Source: a virus
Lineage: Duplodnaviria > Caudoviricetes
DNA length: 64,000 nt
Virus record (IMG/VR): IMGVR_UViG_3300014205_000174
Direction: 5' to 3' (one strand)
Below the pieces are notes generated by a model that saw only the letters and a list, made by a program, of their open reading frames with translations, had not been told where the DNA came from and ran no database searches. Positions within the stretch are counted from its first letter, which is position 1. Every line of letters begins with the position of its first letter. Shown one piece after another: positions 56,272 through 63,380 of the stretch. Made by a program: the position numbers and the translations under genes.

Positions 56272-58773
56272 ATGTCAGTAAAAACTTTACCAAAACCAAA
56301 TAGGGGTACTGGGTACCTGGCTGGCAAGCAGAACGGCAAGACTGTTATACATACAGATGGCGACCTTGGGGGCGTACTCGTTGGTGCGCGGCACAGCGAT
56401 GGCGGCATACCTGCTGTCAACGAGAGCACCAATAAGCCGCTGGAGGTGGAAAAGGGTGAGGTGAGCATTACGTCTAAGGCCGTGACCAATACTGAAGTAT
56501 ATAATTTTGATGGGCAAGAAATGACCGCTAAGGAAGTGCTTTCGAAAATAAATAGTGACGCCGGCGGGGTTAAGTTTAAAAAGGGCGGTACGGTTGAGCG
56601 TACCTATAGCCTGAATGGTCAGCAAATGACCGATAAGCAGATTGAGCAAAAACTGCATGGGAATAAAATTGAAGACAAAAGGGACGGGAATAAAATTTCC
56701 TACTCCGGTGGCGAAATTATAATTACCCGACCCGCTGTTATGTCTAAGGAGACCCATAATTTCTGCGGTAGTCAGCTTACGAACTTTCAAATCCTATCTA
56801 AGATTAATGTGGATAGTGGCGGCATAGCCTTTGCGGATGACAATGCAGACGTATCAGTAAAGCCTAATGACCTGGAATATGAATTTGGTGGGAAGGTCAT
56901 GAAGGGATATGAGATAGTTGAGCAATATGCATGCGGATGTAAAATGGAAGATGGTGGTGTGGTGAATGATTATCCAACTGTAAAGTTATCAACCATCAAG
57001 AAGCTGCAATGGTATGTGCGTCCTGACGGCAAGACAGAGTTACAGGCGGAAATTAATGGGGAGCATAAAAAAGCCGTATTTGATGATGCCGATAATAAAA
57101 TAGGCTATTATGGTTTATGTAATACTGCGGACAATGCACTTAAGTTACTTGAAAAGTATTTTAAGATAAAAATAAAACGCGATAAGTATCCTGGGTACTT
57201 TGATTCTGGTGGTGAAATAGCAGACACCGACTATGAAATAATTCCCGCAGAGAATAGCGGGCGTGGCGTGACAGAAAAAGTTCGTATTACTGATGATAAA
57301 GGCAGGGTGGCCGAATATTCTATTTTCGGCGGCGATATACCTTATGCCATACAGTGTGCGCGGCAATCATTAAAGTGGCAGCAGGAAATTGACGATATAG
57401 TTGGCCCTGAAGGGGATTTATCTGAATATGCACAGTCTATTTATGACAATGCGCTGACCAGGTATAAAAAAGCGGATGATAGAAAGAAAAAGGAACTATT
57501 GCGTAAGCTCAGGTTTAATATATCCATGATTAGGCCCGTTCTTAATTCAGTACAGGCTGGCAGTATTGAAAACATAGAATTTGTCCGCGCCGGTGAAAAA
57601 TTCCTCAAAGACCACGCCCCTGATTTCATGAGACATGGTGGTGTCGCAGAAGGCGGCAGGCAGTCAAACTTTGATTTCCTCAGTGAAAAAATATCCTCTG
57701 GTGATTTAATCATTGACCGTAATGGCATAGTGAGAACATACGCATGGCATAGCGGTGATGGCAGGCTCGTCGTTGAATCCGATAATATACCAAGCCGCCA
57801 TGGGCCAGTTACTATGTACAAAATAAAAGTAGACGGTGTTGAAAAAGAAACTACCGATGATTACGCCATGGCCCTGAATCATACGCGGGAATATTTCTTA
57901 AAGCATCAGGCTGGCTCTCACATGGAAGAAGGGGGCGTTATAGAAAGCCTTACTCCTCAGCAGCAATATGACATAGGGAATTACCTGCCAGTTAGAATAG
58001 GAGGCATAAATAATGGGTGTGCCTGGGCTGACGTATTTAATGACGAGGGCCTGCTATCTTCGGAGCCGAAGTCGCTGGATTACTATTATCAGATTGCCAT
58101 TAAAATAAAACCCGGAGCGGCATACCTTGAAAGGGAGGGGTTCTGGGATGATTTCGCAGACCGCATGGAAGAGTTAGGGCGGCCGTTGTCGTATGAGCAA
58201 GGCGGTAGGCTCCAGGGTCGGGAAAATTGCACTTACGAGCAACTGGTTGCAAAATATCCAATGCGTGACGGCTATAGCATCGGCAATCTCCAGCTCGATA
58301 ATGCTGCAACGGGTAAGACTACACCCTATTGCGTTGTAAATAAAAAAACCGGTGTATTAAATAAGCATGGGCGTGATGAAATGGAAGTTGTAGCATATTA
58401 CCAGCAGATAGGGCAAAATACACTGCAACTATGCGAAAATCCATATGCTGCACGTAGCCAGGAGAAAGCGTTGGATAAGGACGTTATTGAAGATGTGTCC
58501 ATAGAAATGGCTGATGTTAGTCAGGATAGTATGGAAGATAATATAGCAGAATGCATAAAAAACCAGAATGCTCTTTACAAAAAAGTCAAGGCATCGAACT
58601 GGGACAGGCTTGCGAAAGCTACTTTTTATAGCATGAAACTTACTGAAGCAAAGGCTAATTTCAGTACGTATCAAAATATAGAAGGGGAATTCATGTCGGA
58701 ACTAATGAATATGTGCGATTGGTTGATGAACAAGTGGCAGAATGCGCTTGACGAGGTGCGGGTGCAAAAGTAG
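56272..58773 (+). CDS. large multidomain protein with repeated xxGG linkers
   Basis: GGVLVGARHSDGGI...EVEKGE domain, partly duplicated; seven [FYM]xxGG motifs. Confidence 0.65.
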   Translation: MSVKTLPKPNRGTGYLAGKQNGKTVIHTDGDLGGVLVGARHSDGGIPAVNESTNKPLEVEKGEVSITSKAVTNTEVYNFDGQEMTAKEVLSKINSDAGGVKFKKGGTVERTYSLNGQQMTDKQIEQKLHGNKIEDKRDGNKISYSGGEIIITRPAVMSKETHNFCGSQLTNFQILSKINVDSGGIAFADDNADVSVKPNDLEYEFGGKVMKGYEIVEQYACGCKMEDGGVVNDYPTVKLSTIKKLQWYVRPDGKTELQAEINGEHKKAVFDDADNKIGYYGLCNTADNALKLLEKYFKIKIKRDKYPGYFDSGGEIADTDYEIIPAENSGRGVTEKVRITDDKGRVAEYSIFGGDIPYAIQCARQSLKWQQEIDDIVGPEGDLSEYAQSIYDNALTRYKKADDRKKKELLRKLRFNISMIRPVLNSVQAGSIENIEFVRAGEKFLKDHAPDFMRHGGVAEGGRQSNFDFLSEKISSGDLIIDRNGIVRTYAWHSGDGRLVVESDNIPSRHGPVTMYKIKVDGVEKETTDDYAMALNHTREYFLKHQAGSHMEEGGVIESLTPQQQYDIGNYLPVRIGGINNGCAWADVFNDEGLLSSEPKSLDYYYQIAIKIKPGAAYLEREGFWDDFADRMEELGRPLSYEQGGRLQGRENCTYEQLVAKYPMRDGYSIGNLQLDNAATGKTTPYCVVNKKTGVLNKHGRDEMEVVAYYQQIGQNTLQLCENPYAARSQEKALDKDVIEDVSIEMADVSQDSMEDNIAECIKNQNALYKKVKASNWDRLAKATFYSMKLTEAKANFSTYQNIEGEFMSELMNMCDWLMNKWQNALDEVRVQK

Positions 58774-58775
58774 GT

Positions 58776-59216
58776 TTATTGTTCACTGCATGGCGGGTGG
58801 CCATATCGGGAAAAGTACCGGAGCGGGCGCATCATTTTGCCCTTAATCCAAAATCCCCAGTTCCGTAATGGTCGGCCAGTGATTAATATTGTCCAGCATC
58901 CACCTTTTTCTACATCTACATAATGTTTATGTAGTGCGGGCCGGTACCGGATACAGCCACGAGTAAGTTGCTCCTTCACAATTACACCGTCTTTTGATTC
59001 GGATACATCAGTATAGCTGCCACTTAAAACCAATGTAACAAACCACCAGGCATGGTCGTGAAGATACCTTTTATCGTCACTCCTTAAAAAGTGATGTATG
59101 CGAATGGAGAAGCCGAATAATATCAGCACCCAGCGGTAGGCATATGGGCAGGATTTTTCGCCTAACGGCTCATTCCACCTGAGCTGAATGTTTTTTGTTT
59201 TCCAGAAAGGTTTCAT
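58776..59216 (-). CDS. cupin-like phage protein
   Basis: IHHFLRSDD...HDHAW.F...VLSG.Y...H.V. Confidence 0.65.
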   Translation of the reverse strand: MKPFWKTKNIQLRWNEPLGEKSCPYAYRWVLILFGFSIRIHHFLRSDDKRYLHDHAWWFVTLVLSGSYTDVSESKDGVIVKEQLTRGCIRYRPALHKHYVDVEKGGCWTILITGRPLRNWGFWIKGKMMRPLRYFSRYGHPPCSEQ

Positions 59217-59746
59217 CGTTTATATATTCTAAGCATTGCAGTAGGTACAGTGCGGTCTTTTTCCATAAAGGTATTGTCTGGCAGCATATGGAGGGAGTAT
59301 TCTTTGTCAGATAACCACTCCCTGAATTTCACCTGGATAGGTTCGTTATTTGTCAGCCAATACGGTGATGTGAGCGTCACCAATAATCCTTTCTTCTTCA
59401 GGTGGCTGTACATTTTTTCTATATGCAGCACATCGGTATTGCCTTTAAAGGGAGGACATGCAATAATTCTGTCGAACTTGATATCTGTTTTGAATTCAAG
59501 AAAGTCGGCGTGGTAGATAGTTCTTGATGGGTTGGTCATTGCCCCTAAAGAAAGATAGCGACATTTTTCTTTGTTCAATTCCACCATATGATACTGCATG
59601 CCGGTGAAAGAATAGCACCTATCTATAGTGTCAATTATTTTACCCATGCCTGCTGATGGTTCAAGTAAGGTCATGTTGTCCGACAAGGCAGCCATGTTTA
59701 TTAAGCCCTTGCAAACGCTATGGGGCGTTTCTCTTATTGTGCTCAT
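59213..59746 (-). CDS. small N6-adenine methyltransferase
   Basis: ETP, LLEPSAGMG, DFL, IIACPPF (variant of NPPF). Confidence 0.7.
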   Translation of the reverse strand: MSTIRETPHSVCKGLINMAALSDNMTLLEPSAGMGKIIDTIDRCYSFTGMQYHMVELNKEKCRYLSLGAMTNPSRTIYHADFLEFKTDIKFDRIIACPPFKGNTDVLHIEKMYSHLKKKGLLVTLTSPYWLTNNEPIQVKFREWLSDKEYSLHMLPDNTFMEKDRTVPTAMLRIYKR

Positions 59747-59766
59747 TGAATGTAAGATTTGAAATT

Positions 59767-59811
59767 AAAAAGTGGCAATGAAATAGTAAACTAAACTATC
59801 ACATTGCCACT
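59767..59811 (-). terminator. intrinsic terminator after the tRNA-like gene
   Basis: AGTGGCAATG/CATTGCCACT stem followed by T-tract on the minus strand. Confidence 0.75.
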
Positions 59812-59821
59812 CACATCATCG

Positions 59822-59983
59822 TCGCGCTTCATGGGCTCGAACCACGGGCCTCCACCATTGAAACTCAAAAGCTCCGGCATTATTTACACAAAGGCCAGCT
59901 TGCAATCCGGCTCCCATGCTTTAGGGCGTTTACTATTAAGTTTGCGCATCAGGGTGACGCTCTACCAACTGAGCTAAAGCGCG
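59822..59983 (-). tRNA. tRNA gene with an 89-nt insertion in the anticodon loop; isotype unresolved; no encoded CCA
   Basis: Acceptor CGCGCTT/AAGCGCG+A; D arm GCTC-AGTTGGTA-GAGC; anticodon stem TCACC/GGTGG; T arm CGTGG-TTCGAGC-CCATG; loop 96 nt instead of 7. Confidence 0.85.
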
Positions 59984-60020
59984 ATTTATTTAAAGAACTT
60001 GTTTGATTTGAATAGTGTAT

Positions 60021-60037
60021 TGCAAAGTGCGTGCCAA
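60021..60037 (-). promoter_or_regulatory. sigma54-type promoter of the tRNA-like gene
   Basis: Minus-strand TTGGCACGCACTTTGCA. Confidence 0.7.
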
Positions 60038-60064
60038 ACTTTCTACCTGTCGCACAAAGGTTTG

Positions 60065-60760
60065 TTAATACCCATCTGCATCGAAAATCGGAAAGAATAA
60101 TCTATTATCTTCTGTCCAAAAACCCTCAATTACTCTCTTGTATAAAGTTGTTACTTCAATCTCTTTGGGTGGTGGTATTTTAGCAGATGGATATATTTCC
60201 TGAAAATCACACTCCCACATGCAAGCAGCAATGTTTTTTTTATTGTCAAGTAAATCAACAAATGAATAAGATTGCCAAGAAGCCCTATTTACTCCATTAA
60301 CTTTCTTAGTTGGTTTGCTATGGAATATGACTATGCAGTTATAGTGTCCACCATATGACCCTATCCAAACAGGGCGAGAAGAAATCTTCGGTAATTTCAG
60401 TTTTACATGATTCATTTTACAATAGCTTTAAGTGCGTCATTAATGTTATGCGGCCACCCGCTTGTAGCTAATAGTATAGATGTCATGTATGGGTACGTCG
60501 ATAAACCCGCCATTGGTTTCCGGGTCTGTATCTTCGTCATTTATGTTTTCCTGCCGGTGGTGGTCTACGTTGAACTGGTACCCCTCCGCCTGAAATGAAT
60601 CTTCGCCCAGGTTGTTCATTACACATTGGATAACTCCACCGTTGATATCACCATGGCTAAAATGGAAGTAATAAGCATCTCCGTACTTTTCCAGGATACG
60701 CTGTATGGTAGCTTGATGTGTTTCTGCTACAGTATCGGTATTTGATTGTATCGTTGTCAT
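60065..60760 (-). other. two hypothetical genes (60446-60760, 60065-60415)
   Basis: ATG 60760 lies just downstream of the promoter at 60786-60802. Confidence 0.55.
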
Positions 60761-60785
60761 AAAATAAACGTTGATACTTAGGTAA

Positions 60786-60802
60786 TGCAATTGGCGTGCC
60801 AA
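60786..60802 (-). promoter_or_regulatory. sigma54-type promoter
   Basis: Minus-strand TTGGCACGCCAATTGCA. Confidence 0.7.
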
Positions 60803-60844
60803 ACTTTGGCAATCCCGTAATATTATTGCCAAACTTTTAAAACA

Positions 60845-61028
60845 CAAAAGCCCCCCGGAATCCGTTGGGCTTTTGCTTTGATTTAGAACTTGTACGCTTG
60901 CGGCCATTTCCTGCCATTTCCGCCCGAGCTTGTCCAGTATGCTCGGTTCGTTTCTTGAAAGCTGCGGTATGTGGCCACCTTCCCGTCGCTTTCCTTTTAA
61001 TCTTTCTCTTAAATCAGTACTACAAAAT
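60845..61028 (-). ncRNA. putative structured ncRNA of unknown class
   Basis: Promoter TTGGCATGAAATTTGT-TATATTTG; nested stems TGATTTA/TAAATCA, GTGGCCA/TGGCCGC, CCGC/GCGG, CCGAGC/GCTCGG; terminal hairpin CAAAAGCCC/GGGCTTTTG. Confidence 0.5.
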
Positions 61029-61128
61029 ATAAATCAAATATAACAAATTTCATGCCAAAATATATTATTGTTATAATCCGATTTGTCTCGGTTCCACTTT
61101 TTTAATAAATTTACAGGAAAGATTCAAA

Positions 61129-61671
61129 ATGACACCAGATAAAGTAAAGAAAAGAATTTCCCCATACCTTGAAACCATTACAGAAGCATGTATATTTTAT
61201 CCTTTATTGGATACTAAAGGATATGGCAGCATTCAATATAGGGTGCCAGGGAAGAAAGTGCATTACAGAGCGCATAGGGTCTCTTTTGAATTAGCAAATA
61301 ACTGCGAATTACTGCAAGCAGATGTAATATTACACTCCTGCGATAATCCAGCATGCATTAACCCGCGCCATCTTACTAAGGGTACTCACGAAGATAATCA
61401 GCGGGATAAGATGGCTAAGGGCAGGCAGGCCAAGGGTAAAACCAATGGCAGATACGTGCATGGTTATTATTCAAAGTTTGAGCCTGTGGCAAAACCTGTT
61501 CCGGATTTTCAGACTTTATGTAACAGAAGTATTTCTCTTGAAACTGCAAAAGCGATTAAAAGCAGAATTAAAGTCGGCGGCTGCAAGTTAATAGACCTAT
61601 CTAAGGAGTTCGGCATACCGTACCAAACTATAAAAGATATTAGTGCAGGAAGGGCATATAAAAACGTATAG
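61129..61671 (+). CDS. HNH endonuclease with C-terminal HTH
   Basis: GYG...AHRVS...ILHSCDNPACINPRHL..GT..DN..D...KGR. Confidence 0.88.
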   Translation: MTPDKVKKRISPYLETITEACIFYPLLDTKGYGSIQYRVPGKKVHYRAHRVSFELANNCELLQADVILHSCDNPACINPRHLTKGTHEDNQRDKMAKGRQAKGKTNGRYVHGYYSKFEPVAKPVPDFQTLCNRSISLETAKAIKSRIKVGGCKLIDLSKEFGIPYQTIKDISAGRAYKNV

Positions 61672-61690
61672 CTGTCCAAAATTTTGATTT

Positions 61691-61714
61691 TTGGCACGAG
61701 TTTTGCTATATTTG
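61691..61714 (+). promoter_or_regulatory. overlapping sigma54-type and Bacteroidota primary-sigma promoter of the tmRNA
   Basis: TTGGCACGAGTTTTGC immediately followed by TATATTTG. Confidence 0.7.
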
Positions 61715-62126
61715 TGTTGCACGTTTGTTGAGGCTTTTTGAGAATCTGTAAGACCCGAGTTCGACTCTCGGCGACTCCTCAAAATTGCGGTTAGTAATAT
61801 ATGTTGGTGTACAACAATTTATATGAAAGGGTGTATCCATTATTGCAGCTCCTGGAATTCAAACGGTTGAGCGCGAAAAAAATACACGGCGGCAGCCCGC
61901 AATGATATTATTAGTCATGAGTAAGTACATGACTCGCCACCCTATCAACACGGGGTCGACTGGCTATCGATTGCAGAGGATGGAAAGTGGAGAATGTGTA
62001 ACATTGAACGGCAACACAATTGCTTTTACTCCGGTTTACTCTATGAGAAAAACTGCGTAGTACGAAATTAAGCTCCAGCGAAAACGGGGCCAGAAGGAGC
62101 AGGCGTAAGTCTGCTCCTTTGCTTTT
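61715..62126 (+). ncRNA. ssrA: circularly permuted (two-piece) tmRNA
   Basis: Acceptor piece first (T arm CCGAG-TTCGACT-CTCGG, CGACTCC 61772-61778); coding piece starts GGGGTCG at 61952 (G3.U70); P2 TTGCAGA/TCTGTAA; tag frame 62010-62060. Confidence 0.85.
62094..62126 (+). terminator. intrinsic terminator ending the tmRNA
   Basis: AAGGAGCAGGC-GTAA-GTCTGCTCCTT with T-rich tail. Confidence 0.75.
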
Positions 62127-62132
62127 GCGAAT

Positions 62133-62149
62133 TTGGCCCGATATTTGCG
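62133..62149 (+). promoter_or_regulatory. sigma54-type promoter
   Basis: TTGGCCCGATATTTGCG upstream of the small ORF ending at 62351. Confidence 0.55.
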
Positions 62150-62347
62150 AATAAATAAAATACAAAATACAAATAGCACAATCATGACAGCAGAAGATAT
62201 ATCTACAAGCATTGAATCCATCCTGAACGGCGCTTCCAAAGAGTTAGGCCCTATGGATTATAAGCGTCTCTTGCGCGACATCCGTTCTGAAATTGATATT
62301 AGGATTGATTGTTTGGAATTGGATGAGCAGAATGCCCAGGCTGAGGG

Positions 62348-62765
62348 CTAAGCGGTCATTTTTATTTCCATCGTAATGGCTAATTTAGCTTTTTGCCTTT
62401 CTGTTTTAGGGCTAATTACTTTATTTGGCTGGCAAAATATGCACGAACATGGCTTTCCATGAGACCGGAATGCGTGGAGGTTACTGGTATCGGATTCCTT
62501 CAGACCATAATTTTTAAGACGCTTTTTGTACTTAAGCATCTTCTTTTCATGTCGTAGGGCTTTGTTTGCGTTTTTCATTACCATCGTTTTTGATATCCAG
62601 CATGATAGATGCCGCTGTTAAAGATACACCAATAGTCATGGCTGTATTCCACCTGTATGCATCCGGATTGGTTGCCTGTGATATCGCATAAACAAACGCG
62701 CCAAGAGCTATAATGGATAAGCACTGCGACAATTCACTTTTTTTACCACCCTCAATCGTGTACAT
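62348..62765 (-). other. two small genes (62547-62765 membrane; 62348-62584 basic with CSC..C)
   Basis: Overlapping minus-strand ORFs. Confidence 0.5.
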
Positions 62766-62885
62766 AGTAATCTGGCTGCTTAATAAAGAGAAATATTTGT
62801 AAATATATGAAATCTACTTTAAAATAGGTCGGCAATAGTTTTTTTTATCGAATTAAACAACTATTTTTGTAAATATTTTAATTTT

Positions 62886-63365
62886 ATGCTGTTTACTAAT
62901 AGCCAGATAATCAAGAGTGGAAAGGATTATATGATAGGCGCTGCTAATACTAAAAGCGAGGTATCGTATAACAACTATATACTTGCGGTGGAAAATCGCA
63001 TACTAACGCTTGTGGTGCATTCTGTGAAAGAGAATATGTCACATGGCGCTACTAAAGAAAAGGCTATTTCGGACATTGTTACGTTTATTTATTCCAAAAT
63101 ATCCATACGTAATAAAACATACCCTGATACAGAAGAGGGGATTGTGGATGAAATCATGGAGTCTGAGGAATTTCGGAACTGGAGTTATGATATCTGGTAT
63201 AAGTTCAAAAATACACATCTGGGCGTAGTTGGTAAGGATACGCCAATATCGGCACACGGGAAATTGCATCCCGATATTGATGCCGATACTGTGGAGCTGG
63301 TAGAAAAGGAAGATTCATTGCAATTGGTTATTGACGGGCTTGCAGGATTAAATTTTACTGACTAA
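62886..63365 (+). CDS. hypothetical protein
   Basis: 159-aa ORF after a TATTTTTG promoter element. Confidence 0.55.
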   Translation: MLFTNSQIIKSGKDYMIGAANTKSEVSYNNYILAVENRILTLVVHSVKENMSHGATKEKAISDIVTFIYSKISIRNKTYPDTEEGIVDEIMESEEFRNWSYDIWYKFKNTHLGVVGKDTPISAHGKLHPDIDADTVELVEKEDSLQLVIDGLAGLNFTD

Positions 63366-63380
63366 ATAATTAGTTTTCTC

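Noticed and set aside
59857-59952. Hammerhead ribozyme or canonical BHB intron in the tRNA insert
   Set aside because: CTGATGC departs from CUGANGA with no correctly placed GAAA; positions 32-35 do not form the 4-bp BHB helix
61781-61958. Group I intron in the tmRNA spacer (AAATTGCGG and CCCGCAAT resemble P/Q elements)
   Set aside because: No convincing P7/P3 core or S element; the only candidate overlaps the tmRNA acceptor strand
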